Positions 10,283 through 20,428 are shown, counted from the stretch's first letter. The stretch: DNA of 64,000 nt from Vicinamibacterales bacterium (GCA_041394685.1 JAWKHU010000038.1:130087-194086); one strand, 5' to 3'. A program made the numbers and translations. The notes: generated by a model from the sequence alone, not told the origin.

Positions 10283-11275
10283 TGCACGGCCCGTCGGCTC
10301 CCGCCCTCTCCGTCGTCGTTGTCGTGTTCGACATGGCGCGCGAGGCGCCGCGGACGCTCTTCACGCTGTCGCCGGCGTATCAGGGCCTGCCCGCCGACAC
10401 CTACGAGGTCATCGTCGTGGACAACGGCTCGTCGCCGCCGCTCGGGCGCGAGACCGCGGAGGCCGTCGCGGCAACGTGCGGTGCACGTGTACGTGGACGA
10501 CGCGGCACCGTCGCCTGCAGCCGCGCTGAACCTGGAAGCGTGCTGAACGCGCGGAGGGACTGATCAGGTTCATGGTGGACGGCGCGCGCATGCTGTCGCC
10601 GGGCGTTCTCGGCTACGCGCATCAGGCGGCCCGTGCCTATCGACGGCCGGTCGTGAGCACGCTGGGCTTTCACCTGGGCCACGAGCCCCAGGTGACCGCC
10701 ATGACAAGGGGCTACGACCAGGCCGTCGAGGACACCTTGCTCGACACCGTGGACTGGCGCGGCAACGGCTACGAGCTCTTCCGGATCTCGACGCCGGCAT
10801 CTCGTCCGGCCACGGCTGGTGGGGACCGCTCGCCGAGAGCAACTGCGTGTTCGTGACCCGCGACACCTTCGAGGCCCTCGGTGGCTTCGACGAGCGGTTC
10901 GACATGCCAGGCGGCGGGCTGGTGAACCTCGACTTCTACCGCCGCGCCTGCGAAGCTCCTGGGACCGAGCTGGTGGTCCTCCTCGGCGAGGGCTGCTTTC
11001 ACCAGTTCCACGGCGGCGCCATGACAGGACAGCGCATGGAAGACGTCGCCGCACGGTTCGCCACCCAGGACGCGCAGTACCGCGAGCTGCGTAGTGAACC
11101 GTACCGGCTGCCGCTGGTCCGCTGCGACTACATCGGTCACGCCCCGCCGGCGGCGCACGCCTCGCTGGCGGACGGCGTGGCCAGGTTCGAGGCGTTCCGG
11201 ACCGCCTCACCCGAAGACGCGCGGGCGTACGCCGCCGGGGCCACTTCCGCCCAACCGGCCGCAGCCGGCCACGGC
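10282..11275 (+). CDS. Family 2 glycosyltransferase (frame breaks near 10540 and 10850; may be fused to the following sulfotransferase)
   Basis: Pieces are LSVVVVVFDMAREAPRTLFTLSPAYQGLPADTYEVIVVDNGSSPPL, a mid piece GVLGYAHQAARAYRRPVVSTLGFHLG, then FVTRDTFEALGGFDERFDMPGGGLVNLDFYRRA (a DxD/ED-type GT2 core). Confidence 0.6.
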
Positions 11276-12004
11276 TCCTCAGCGCCAGGTCATCGTCGTC
11301 GGCATGCATCGCAGCGGCACGAGCATGCTGACCGGAAGCCTGCAGCAGGCGGGGCTGGTGCTCGGCGAGGTCGTCACCGAGGCCCCGCACAACGCCAAGG
11401 GCAACCGCGAGTATCCCGCCATCCTGCACATGCAGGAGGAGCTGCTCGTCGCGAGCGGTGGCTCGTGGGACCGGCCGCCAGCGGAGGTGCGCTGGGGAGT
11501 CGCGGCACCGCGCCGTGCGCGACCTCTTCATCGCGCGCTTCCGGACGAGCCGCTCTGGGGTTCAGGATCCGCGCACGCTGCTGACGCTCGAGGGGTGGCT
11601 CAGGCGCTGCCGTCCGCGGAGTTCGCCGGCATCTTCCGCCATCCGGCCCTGGTGGCGCGCTCCCTGCGCCGCCGCACTGGGCTCGACATGGACACGGGCC
11701 TCGAGCTCTGGCGCGTCTACAACACGCGGCTACTCGAGCTGCACCGCCGCCATGCGTTCCCGCTCATGGAGTTCACGACGACGCCGCGGAAGTTCGGCGG
11801 CAGATGGCGACGATGATCGCGCGGCTGGAGCTGCCGAACCGGCAGGCGCCGTCGTTCTTCGAGGACCGGTTGCGGACACGTCCCGCCGACGAGGCGCCGT
11901 TGCCGGACGCGGTGTCGAGGCTGTACGCGGAGCTGCGGGAGCGAGCGGGTACGCCCCGGCCGGCGCCCGATGAGCAGCCGGCCGGGAGTCGAACGGACGG
12001 TTAG
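11276..12004 (+). CDS. Sulfotransferase-family protein (frame breaks near 11520 and 11810; start uncertain)
   Basis: The 5'-PSB-type motif VIVVGMHRSGTSMLTGSL is followed by GNREYPAILHMQEELL, then FRHPALVARSLRRRTG..LELWRVYNTRLLELHRRHAFPLMEF. It is paralogous to the N-domain of 13859..15312. Confidence 0.55.
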
Positions 12005-13641
12005 CGCTGCGGCAGGCTGCGCTCGAGCGCCTCGAGCCGCATCTTCAGCGCGTCGAACTGCTGCTGCTGCTCGGTGAGCTGCCGCTGCAACTGCTCGATG
12101 TAGATGTGGGCCTTCTCCAGCTCGTTGAGCATGCCGGCGGCCTTGCGCCCGATGTTCCACGGCGCGTCCTCGGGTGTCGGCCCGACGGCCGGCAGGTAGC
12201 CGTTGCCCCACATCTCGGCCGCGTGATCCTCGATCGTGGGCATCGCGTAGTCCGGGTGGAACACACGGTCGCAGCCGTCCACGCCGCCGCCGCCGCCGTT
12301 GCCGTCGCTGCAGTTGCCACCGACGACCAGGTTGCCGCGGAGCGTGAGGTTGCCGCCGGTGTCCAGCGTGGCTTCCGTTGCGCCCGTGCCGCTCTTCGAG
12401 AACACGAGGGCCTCGCCGGCCGCTCGCATGCTCACGTTCCAGAAGCTGCTGTTGTTGCCGGCATCGAGCTGGAAGGCCACGTCCCCGTCGGAGTTCGCCA
12501 GCTTGAGGGCCGCGTTGCCGGTGCCGATGTTGCTCGCCGTGCCACGCACGTCGATCGGCGCTTGCGGGGTCGTCAGACCGAACCCGACGCGCCCCGTGGC
12601 GGAGATGTCCACGGCGCTCGTCGGCGCGCCCGGACGGACGCGGAACGGATAACGGTCACCGGCGGTGGAGTCGCGGACGAAGAAGTTGGCCTCGTTCCCG
12701 CCGATGTCCCATCGCTGCGCCGCAAAGCCGCCGGAGTTGTTCTGCTCCAGGCGCAGGGCGGGCGTGTTGCTGGTGTTGAAGTGGGCATCCAGCGCCGGCG
12801 AACTGGTGCGGAAACCGACGCGACCGGTGCTGTCCACGTACAGCGAACTGGTCGGGGAGTTGGCCTCCACGAGGAAGGGCGTCCGGCCGGCCGTCGAGTC
12901 CTCGACGGCGAAGTAGTTGGCGCCTCCGTTGGTCGTGTCGTTGATCACGATGCGCCAGTCGTTGGCCGGGAAGGTGCCGGTGGACGTGTCGTCGAAATGG
13001 ATGCGGAGGTTGTTCTCCCTCAGGCGGATCGAATCGGAGCCGAAGTTCTCCGGCACCACGCAGTCGACGCCCACGCAGGCAGCGTTGTAGACGTATAGGT
13101 TGTCGTTCGCGGTGAGGCTCGGCGAGTCGGTGCCGGCCAACGACGGCGGCACGCCGTCACCATCCGGGGCGGGAAGCGCCGTCTTCTCGTCGCTGCCCGG
13201 CTTCGGATACCGGCCGTTGAGCACGAACGCGTCGAGCGGCAGGCCGCCTACCGTCTCGGCATCGGCCGCCTTGAGCGCGTACGGCACGCTGGCCCAGAAG
13301 GAACGAGGGCCCTCGGGCGCGCCGTCCACCGAGATGCCCAGCCATCGAGCCTCGCCCTTGGTGAAGAGGTCCGAGGGCAGGCCCTCGGGCTGGGTGGCGC
13401 CGAGCAGGGTCGAGTACTGCCCGTTGGCGTCGAGCGCCAGCGCCTGGGTCTCACTCCAGATGGGGGCGCCGCCTTCCTTCTCGCTGTAGATCGCGAAGGT
13501 GATGGTGACGCCGCCAGCCAGCAGGTTGCCGCCGGCATCGCGGGCCACGCCCGAGGCGGGCACGACACGCGGAGGCGCCTGAGCAGACGTGGACTGCAGC
13601 CCCAGCAGCCCGATTCCGATGGCGATCAACAAGCCCTTCAT
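12001..13641 (-). CDS. Secreted tail-fibre-like repeat protein with C-terminal coiled coil
   Basis: Intact 546-aa ORF with a GGGAGGA RBS and signal peptide MKGLLIAIGIGLLGLQSTSAQA. It has repeated STGRVGFRTSSPA / ATGRVGFGLTTPQAPIDV beta-strand units typical of tail-fibre-domain proteins. The C-terminus is FHPDYAMPTIEDHAAEMWGNGYLPAV...LEKAHIYIEQLQRQL. Confidence 0.75.
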   Translation of the reverse strand: MKGLLIAIGIGLLGLQSTSAQAPPRVVPASGVARDAGGNLLAGGVTITFAIYSEKEGGAPIWSETQALALDANGQYSTLLGATQPEGLPSDLFTKGEARWLGISVDGAPEGPRSFWASVPYALKAADAETVGGLPLDAFVLNGRYPKPGSDEKTALPAPDGDGVPPSLAGTDSPSLTANDNLYVYNAACVGVDCVVPENFGSDSIRLRENNLRIHFDDTSTGTFPANDWRIVINDTTNGGANYFAVEDSTAGRTPFLVEANSPTSSLYVDSTGRVGFRTSSPALDAHFNTSNTPALRLEQNNSGGFAAQRWDIGGNEANFFVRDSTAGDRYPFRVRPGAPTSAVDISATGRVGFGLTTPQAPIDVRGTASNIGTGNAALKLANSDGDVAFQLDAGNNSSFWNVSMRAAGEALVFSKSGTGATEATLDTGGNLTLRGNLVVGGNCSDGNGGGGGVDGCDRVFHPDYAMPTIEDHAAEMWGNGYLPAVGPTPEDAPWNIGRKAAGMLNELEKAHIYIEQLQRQLTEQQQQFDALKMRLEALERSLPQR

Positions 13642-13858
13642 GCCAGACGTCCTCCCTCACCCGGACCGCGCACGTCCGTGCGCCGCCAGGTCACCCATCG
13701 CACCCGCGGACGAACGACCGTGATGGACGCCCGGACGGGTGCTGCTTCGGTCAGTATCGGCCATTCTCCGAGGAACTGTAGAGCTGTCGCGCGCCCGGCC
13801 GTTCATCGTGTGCAAACGCGGGGAACCGCGGGCGACACTACCAAGAGACGGGATTAAC

Positions 13859-15312
13859 ATGAGCGCGATGGCCGGCAATGCCCAGGGGCCGGAGTCCAGC
13901 CGCGCGCCGCTGACGGCACCCGTGTCGTCCACCGTGATCTGCGTGGTGGGCATGCACCGCAGCGGCACCTCGGTGGCCTCCCGCCTGTTGAACCTCGTCG
14001 GCGTGTTTCTCGGCGACCAGCGGTCGATGATGCGGCCCGCGGGCGACAATCCCACCGGGTTCTGGGAGCACGAGCCGATCATGGTCGTCAACGACCAGGT
14101 GCTCGAGCGATTCGGCGGGCGATGGGATGCGCCGCCCAGCCGGGCGCAGGATCCCGGGCTCGACGACCTGAAGCACCAGGCCCGCGAGCTCCTCGCCCGC
14201 GACTTCCACGCGGCTGCCCTGTGGGGCTTCAAGGATCCACGGACCGCCATCACCCTGCCGTTCTGGCAGGAGGTCATCGGGCCGATGCGCTACGTGGTCT
14301 GCCTCCGGAGCCCGGCCGCCGTCGTCGCATCGCTGGCCCGGCGCGACCGAATGCCCTCGGAGACCGCGGAACGCCTCTGGTTGCAGCACGTCCGCGGCTG
14401 CCTCGCCTACACGCGCCACCAGCCGCGCATGTTCCTCTACTACGACGACGTGCTCGACGACTGGAAGACGGAGCTCGGCCGGCTCGCCGCATTCGCCGGC
14501 GTACCCGACCGCGCCGACGACCCGCGCGTGCAGCGTGCCGTCAGCGGCTTCCTCGACCGCGAACTGGCGCACCACGATGGGTCCGCCGTGCTGCTGGCGG
14601 CAGACCGGCGCCTCTCGATGGCCACGACGGGCCTGTACCTGACCATTCGCGGGCTGGCGCCCCGCCACGCGCCCTCACCCACGGCCACGATCGACCACGC
14701 CGAGAGAGGCAGCGATCCCGACGACCTGCTGGACCTGCTGGCGACGCGCGCGCTCGACACCTTCGACGACGCCAGGGCGACCGCGGCCGACCGCGCGCGT
14801 CTGGCCGCGCAGGCGGACGCCCTGCAGGACGCGCTCCGCCAGATGCGGACGCGCACGGCGGAGCTGGATACGCGCCTCGCACGGCTCCAGGCGGACCGTG
14901 ACGCGATCGCAACCGAAGCCGGAGAGTGGCGGACCACGGCCGCGGCCGCGCAGGAGGCCGCCGCACGCCTCGAGGCCGAACGCGACCGCACGGCGGAGCA
15001 GTTGGCCGAGGCACACGCGTCGGCCGCCCGCCTCAGGGCGGAGCATGATGCGTTGATGGCGCGTGCGCGCAGCCTGGAGGACGGCCTTGCCGCGCTCGGC
15101 ACGTCCCTCGACGCCGTGACGACCGACCGTGACGGCCTGGCCGCGGCCCTGGTCCGAGCGGACGCCGAGTTGACCGAGATTCAGTCCAGCCGGGCGTGGA
15201 CGGCCGTCACCGCCGCGCGCACGGCCGTCGTCCGGCTCCTGCCGCGGGATCCCGACGGCGGCGGCAATACGACCGCGCCGTCGCGCGCCTGCCGGGACGT
15301 CCGCGGGCCTGA
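13859..15312 (+). CDS. Sulfotransferase domain fused to a long Ala/Arg-rich coiled-coil domain (frame break near 15235)
   Basis: N-domain motifs are VICVVGMHRSGTSVASRLL, FKDPRTAITLPFW and CLRSPAAVVASLARRD, followed by about 200 aa of heptad-like A/R/E/L sequence. The natural end ...GSRRRRQYDRAVARLPGRPRA-TGA (15310..15312) is in another frame. The ORF-track extension to 16090 is antisense read-through. Confidence 0.7.
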
Positions 15313-15325
15313 CGCGCCCGGCGGC

Positions 15326-16746
15326 TCAGCGCACCATGCGGCGGATGACGCCGTCGCCCTTGTTGATCATGAGGATCTGATCGTCGAGCGCCGCGTTCAG
15401 CCGCAGGTCGGCGCGCGTGGCTGGCGTCTTGCCCTGCGCCGCGTTGGTCTCCTGAATCACCTGCAGGAACGTCCGGTCGCCGGCAGGCGTGCGCACGAGG
15501 ACGCGCCGAATGGGATCCTGGCCGCCTTCGGGCAAGTCGTCGGCGCTCACGTAGAACATCTCGCCGCTCGGGTTGTCGGTGAAGAGGACGCGGTTGGCGA
15601 CCTGCGGAATGGCCGTCCCGCGGTAGATCACCAGGCCGCATGCCGCCGACTGCGGCTGCAGCAGAGGGTCGAGCTGCCCGTACTCCGCGAACGGGAACGT
15701 CACCGCCGGATCGCCGCGGCGTCCCTCGGCCTCCACCGCCTGCCGGCCGACGAACTGTACGAGCCCTCCCAGACGTTCCAACCGAGGTTGCCGCCCTTCG
15801 GCACCAGCGTCACCTTCTCGACGATGTTCTGGCCGATGTCGGCGAGGAAGAGGTTTCGCGTCTTCGCGTCCCACGCGAAGCGCTGGCGTTGCGGATGCCG
15901 TAGGCATAGATTTCGGGAGGGCCCCGGCGCGGGCGACGAAGGGATTGTCCGACGGGATGCCGCACTGCGTCGCATGCCCGTTGGTCCCGAGCGGGTCGAT
16001 GCGGAACATCTTGCCGAACGCCGAGCCGAGGTTCTGCGCCATGTTGAACGGATCGCCGCCACTGCCGCCGTCGGCGATGGTGATGAGTAGGAGGCCCGCC
16101 TCGGTGCTTCCCGCCGCGGCCGTGGGATCGAACGCGAGGTGGCCGGCGTTGTGGTTGGCGAAGGGCTGCCGGATGCGGAAGAGCACGCGCGGCGGTCCGC
16201 CGTCGTAGGTGGCCGCGGACGGATCCTTCGCCGTCCACTCGAGGAGGACCGTGTCGTGGGTGGGCTTGTCGCCGCCGGCAGGCAGGAAGTCCGGTTCCGG
16301 CGTCATGTTCGACGTGTCGGTGAACGTGTAGAACCTGCCGTAGCCCGGAGCGCCGGCGCGCCCGAACTGCGGATGGAACGTGAAGCTCTGGAACCCGCGT
16401 TCGCGACCCGACGATTGCACGGGATGCCCCCACGCAGACGCGTTGGTGTCCACATATAGCGCCACCGAGGCGCCGTCGTAGCTGACGCTGTAGAGCGGTC
16501 CGCGCATGTCGTTGACGAAGAGGCGCCGGGTCGTAGTCTCGTCCACCAGGTTCATCATGCGCGCCGCGACACCGTCGATGTCGGGCAGCCGGGCGAACTC
16601 CGACACGCCGACGCGAATGACGTCCCGATCGGTCGCGATCGGTCCGGGGAACGGATCGTTGGTCTGCCCTGGCGCAGCGTGCCGGGCGCACGGACGAACG
16701 CGGCGGCGAGGAGCGCGGACAGGAGCCGGGTGAGTGCGATGGGCAT
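15326..16746 (-). pseudogene. PQQ-dependent sugar (glucose/sorbosone) dehydrogenase, secreted; four frame breaks as sequenced
   Basis: The signal peptide MPIALTRLLSALLAAAFVRA is in ORF 16555..16746. The body is in 15326..17077 (NDMRGPLYSV, FHPQF, RIRQPFANHNAGHLAFDP, ADGGSGGDPFNMAQN). The central part is in two other frames (EIYAYGIRNA; RFAWDAKTRNLFLADIGQNIVEKVTLVPKGGNLGWNVWEG). Confidence 0.7.
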
Positions 16747-16761
16747 GGGGGAGTTTAGTCT

Positions 16762-16844
16762 GGGGCGTGGGGCGGGGGCGTGGGGCGTGGGGCGTGGGAC
16801 CTGGGGCTTGGGGCTTGGGGCTTGGGGCTTGGGGCCTGGGACTT
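16762..16844 (+). repeat. Tandem G-rich 7-mer array (GGGGCGT then GGGGCTT), 12 G-tracts
   Basis: Read directly: GGGGCGT GGGGC GGGGGCGT GGGGCGT GGGGCGT GGGACCT GGGGCTT x4 GGGGCCT GGGACTT. It lies in the 161-bp divergent spacer between the dehydrogenase start (16746, minus) and the propeller-gene start (16908, plus). Confidence 0.9.
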
Positions 16845-16907
16845 GAGCTAAGCTCGGCGCTGGTTCGTCCGGGCGCGCGCCCCCCTCGCCTGCCTCTGGA
16901 GGTCCAC

Positions 16908-19889
16908 ATGTCTTGCCTTCTCCGGCGCCTGGCCGGCATCGTCTGGATGCTGGCGCTCGTTCCCCACCCGGCCCTCGCGCAGTACGCCGAGACCGCGCGA
17001 ACGCTGCCGGTCGCCGACGGGCTCGTGTACACCGGCACCCAGATCGGGTCGCGCCTCTTCATCGGCGGGACGTTCACGCACGTCGCGCCGCCAACCGGCG
17101 GCGCCGCGGTGTTCGACGACGCCGATCAGCCCGTTCCGGGTAACTGGCCCGTCATCGGCGGCACCATCTCGCGCATCATCCCGGACACACTCGGCGGGTG
17201 GGTGGCCGTGGGTTCGTTCACCACGGTGAACGGGCAGCCGCACGCGGGGCTCGTGCACGTGACGGGCGCCGGCGAGGTGGACCCGCGGTTCCGCATCGTG
17301 GCCGATGGAGGCATCTCGTCCGTGGCGCTGGCGCACGGACGCCTCTACCTTGCCGGGCCCTTCACCACCGTGAACGGCGCTCCGCGCCGCGGCCTGGCCG
17401 CGCTCGACGCCTCGTCGGGTGCGCTGTTGGCGTGGGGACAGGCCTTCCAGGCCTTCGACATCAGCTTCGTCGCCGCGCTGGTGACCTCGTCCACCGGCGT
17501 CTACGTGAGCCTGACGGGTGCGCCGGGCGGCGGAACCTGGGGGCTCGCGGCCAGTGACGGCCACGTGCTCTTCCACCTGCCCATCATCTACGGGGCCCTT
17601 GCGCCCACCTCGACGCGTCTCTACGCCGCCGGCTACGTCCCCGCCGTGCAGCAGAATCGCGTCGTCGTCCTCGATCCGCAGACGGGCGCCGTCGATCCCT
17701 CGTGGGTGTCGCCCGTCCGGTTCCAGACCATCAGTACTACCAGCGGCGACCGCACGTTCTTCTCCCGCATGATCCTCGACGGCGACACGCTCTACGTGGC
17801 GGGGGCGTTTCGGACCGCCGGGGCGAGCCGGCAACACCTGATGGCGCTGAGCGCGTCGAGCGGCGCGCTGCTGCCCTGGCAGCCGGACGCCGCGTTCAAT
17901 CCGAGCAACGGGGTGCGCGACATCGTCCTGCTGCCGTCGCAGGTCATCGCCGTACACGAGAGCATCGGGTTCCCGGGACCGCTGCACGACGTCACGACAT
18001 TCGATCGGGTGAGCGCCGCCGCGACCCCTCGGCTCCTGCCCGTCTTCGGCAACGTCGCCACCGTCGCCCCGGTGGCCGCCGGAGTCGTGGTCGGCGGCAG
18101 CTTCGGCGGGTTCGGCGGAGAGGCGCGCGCCCAGCTCGCGGCCATCGACCTGGACACCGGCCTGCTCGACGCGTGGGCCCAACCGGCCGGCTCGCCGGCC
18201 AGCGTGATCGTGCTCGCCACGGATGGCGCCGCGCTCTTCGCGTGCCGCGTCCGGGACGTGGGCGGCCTGCCGCAGCCGACGATCGACAAGCTCGATGCCG
18301 ACGACGGCCACGTCGTGGCATCGCTCGACCTCGGTGGGCCGCTGGCGACGGCGCTGCTGCAGATGCGGGCCGCGGGCGGCCGCCTCTACGTCTGGGGGCT
18401 CTTCGACAGCCTGGGCGGACAGAGCCGCACCGGGCTGGCGGCCATCGACATCGCGACGTGGACGGTCCTGCCCTGGGCGCCCGCCACGGACAACCGGGTC
18501 TTCGATCTCGACGTGGTGGGCAACACCGTCTACCTGGCAGGCCACTTCTCCACCATCGACGCCACGCCGCGGCCGGGCCTGGCCGCGATCGACGCAACGA
18601 CCGGCGCGCTCCTGCCGTGGAACCCCGACGCCGACACGGCGCGGTTCTCCGGCGTTCGCGTCCGTGCCGGCCGTGTCCTCGTGAGCGGGGACTTCCGCCG
18701 AATCTCGGCCGTGCGCCGACGAGGGTTTGCCGCGCTGGACCCGGTGACGGCGGACGCCGACGCGTGGAATCCCGACTCGCCACCAGGATTCCCACAGGGG
18801 ATCAACGGCTTCGCGCTGGATGCCGCAGGCATCCTCTACGCGATGGGCGGGTTCTCCACGATCGTCGGCGGTCAACCCTCGGTCGGGCTCTTCGCCCTGT
18901 CGTCCGAGACCGGCCTCCGGCTGCCATGGCAGCCGCCCGGTCCCCTCTCGCTGAGCCGCGCGTCGGCGCTCCCGAGCTGTCTGCTTCTCGTCAGCGTCTC
19001 CCGGGTCGAGACGCCAATCCTGAACAGCTACGCCTGCCTGCCACCGCTGCCGCCGCCCACGAACGTATCCGCCAGCCTCTCGGGCGCGACGGCAACGCTG
19101 TCGTGGACGCCACCAGCGGCGGATGTGACCGGGTACCGCATCGAGGTCGGGCGCGGCGCCGGGCAGCGCGACCTGGCCACCGTGGCCGTGGATGCGGGCA
19201 CGACATCCGCATCGGGCTCCCTGCCGGCCGGTTCGTACGTCGCACGCATCCGCGCGGTGCACGGCGAGGTCGCCAGCATGCCCTCACCCGACGTGAGCTT
19301 CGCGGTCGCGCCGCCGGATGTACCGGGCATCCCGCTGGATCTCTCCGTGGCCACCGAGGGTCAGCGCGTGCGGTTCTCGTGGCGCCCGCCGACGGTCGGC
19401 ACGCCCGCCGGGTACCTCCTGGAAGTCGGCGTGGCTCCGGGCCGCGCGGACTTCGCGTCGCTCACGCTCCCGCCGACGTCCACGTTCGAGGTGCCCACCG
19501 CACCAACCGGCATCTACTGGGCGCGTCTCCGCGCGATCAACGCAGCCGGCGCCAGCGGGCCGTCGAACGAAGTCGTGATCAACGTCGACGGCAGCGCCGC
19601 GCCCTGCTCGCTACCCCCACTCGCACCCGCCGGCCTGGCGGCCAGTGTCACCGCGCGCGTCGTCACCCTCACCTGGATACCGGCCACGACGGGCGCCGTC
19701 TCCAACGCGCAGCGCATCGTTGTCGGGTCGGCCTCGGGACTGGACAATCTCGGCGTGTTCGAAGTGGCGGGTCCGGCCACGACGTTCAGCGCACCGGCGC
19801 CGCCGGGCACGCACTTCGTTCGCGTCTACGGGTTCAACGCGTGCGGCGCAAGCCCGTTCAGCAACGAAGTGCAGGTGGTCGTCCCGTGA
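16908..19889 (+). CDS. Secreted beta-propeller repeat protein (DUF5122/delta-60-like repeats) with three C-terminal FN3 domains
   Basis: Intact ORF with likely start MSCLLRRLAGIVWMLALVPHPALAQ after a TGGAGG RBS. About 12 repeats of the pattern G.V.ALA..G.LY.GG.F..V.G..R.GLAA.D..TGALL.W. Three FN3 modules have the W..P...Y..EVG...G and G.Y.ARIRA.N..G.S.PS..V signatures. Confidence 0.8.
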   Translation: MSCLLRRLAGIVWMLALVPHPALAQYAETARTLPVADGLVYTGTQIGSRLFIGGTFTHVAPPTGGAAVFDDADQPVPGNWPVIGGTISRIIPDTLGGWVAVGSFTTVNGQPHAGLVHVTGAGEVDPRFRIVADGGISSVALAHGRLYLAGPFTTVNGAPRRGLAALDASSGALLAWGQAFQAFDISFVAALVTSSTGVYVSLTGAPGGGTWGLAASDGHVLFHLPIIYGALAPTSTRLYAAGYVPAVQQNRVVVLDPQTGAVDPSWVSPVRFQTISTTSGDRTFFSRMILDGDTLYVAGAFRTAGASRQHLMALSASSGALLPWQPDAAFNPSNGVRDIVLLPSQVIAVHESIGFPGPLHDVTTFDRVSAAATPRLLPVFGNVATVAPVAAGVVVGGSFGGFGGEARAQLAAIDLDTGLLDAWAQPAGSPASVIVLATDGAALFACRVRDVGGLPQPTIDKLDADDGHVVASLDLGGPLATALLQMRAAGGRLYVWGLFDSLGGQSRTGLAAIDIATWTVLPWAPATDNRVFDLDVVGNTVYLAGHFSTIDATPRPGLAAIDATTGALLPWNPDADTARFSGVRVRAGRVLVSGDFRRISAVRRRGFAALDPVTADADAWNPDSPPGFPQGINGFALDAAGILYAMGGFSTIVGGQPSVGLFALSSETGLRLPWQPPGPLSLSRASALPSCLLLVSVSRVETPILNSYACLPPLPPPTNVSASLSGATATLSWTPPAADVTGYRIEVGRGAGQRDLATVAVDAGTTSASGSLPAGSYVARIRAVHGEVASMPSPDVSFAVAPPDVPGIPLDLSVATEGQRVRFSWRPPTVGTPAGYLLEVGVAPGRADFASLTLPPTSTFEVPTAPTGIYWARLRAINAAGASGPSNEVVINVDGSAAPCSLPPLAPAGLAASVTARVVTLTWIPATTGAVSNAQRIVVGSASGLDNLGVFEVAGPATTFSAPAPPGTHFVRVYGFNACGASPFSNEVQVVVP

Positions 19890-20020
19890 CACGAAGGGCA
19901 CGAAGGGGAGAACACGAAGGGGGGCACGGAGGACACGAAGAGCACGAAGGGGACGAAGGGCACGGAGGGCACGGAGAGCACAGGGGGCGCGGAGGGCGCG
20001 GAGGGCTCGAGGGGATCGAG
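19890..20020 (+). repeat. Tandem purine-rich 9-mer array (CACGAAGGG family), about 14 units, decaying 3'-ward
   Basis: It starts on the nucleotide after the TGA stop (19887..19889): cacgaaggg cacgaaggg ... cacggagga cacgaagag cacgaaggg gacgaaggg cacggaggg cacggagag cacaggggg cgcggaggg cgcggaggg ctcgagggg atcgagcgt. Confidence 0.9.
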
Positions 20021-20040
20021 CGTGGAGAACGTTCGCGTGT

Positions 20041-20367
20041 CTACGGGGCGGGGGCGATGGAGTCTACGACGAGCGTGGCGCCCGAGGCGTCCAGCGAACC
20101 TGTGACCACGACGCGGACGCCCGCGTAGGCGGCGGGGGCGTCCTGGTCGGAGAGTTGGTACACCCGGTCATCCGTCACCAGGACGTACGCGGCGTCGTGC
20201 TCGTCGTGACAGGCTTTCGTGCAGGCGGCATCGGTCGGGCCCATGCGCATGCCCGCGTGCGAGGTCTCGCACATGGCGTCGGAGATGATCCCCGTGAAGG
20301 TCCGCGACTGGACCGGGGCGGCTCCGAGGGAACACAGGGCGACGATACCGACGAGCGCAACTCTCAT
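20041..20367 (-). CDS. Small secreted Cys/His-containing protein, function unknown
   Basis: Likely start is MRVALVGIVALCSLGAAPVQS (signal peptide). The mature part is FTGIISDAMCETSHAGMRMGPTDAACTKACHDEHDAAYVLV.... Confidence 0.5.
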   Translation of the reverse strand: MRVALVGIVALCSLGAAPVQSRTFTGIISDAMCETSHAGMRMGPTDAACTKACHDEHDAAYVLVTDDRVYQLSDQDAPAAYAGVRVVVTGSLDASGATLVVDSIAPAP

Positions 20368-20428
20368 GCAGCCTCCGCGCGGGACGGCGGAGCATACCAT
20401 GGCCCCGCCGTCCCCCTGGCGCGGATGC

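Noticed and set aside
12001-13641. Tail-fibre-like gene as evidence for a prophage or tailocin.
   Set aside because: There are no capsid, terminase, baseplate, tape-measure, integrase or lysis genes within 10 kb on either side. The protein has a Sec signal peptide, and its neighbours are glycan-modifying enzymes.
16734-16907. An N-terminal extension of the propeller-FN3 protein through the G-rich heptamers (WGVGRGRGAWGVG...).
   Set aside because: This is a translation artefact of the repeat. A canonical RBS (TGGAGG) and a signal peptide start at 16908.
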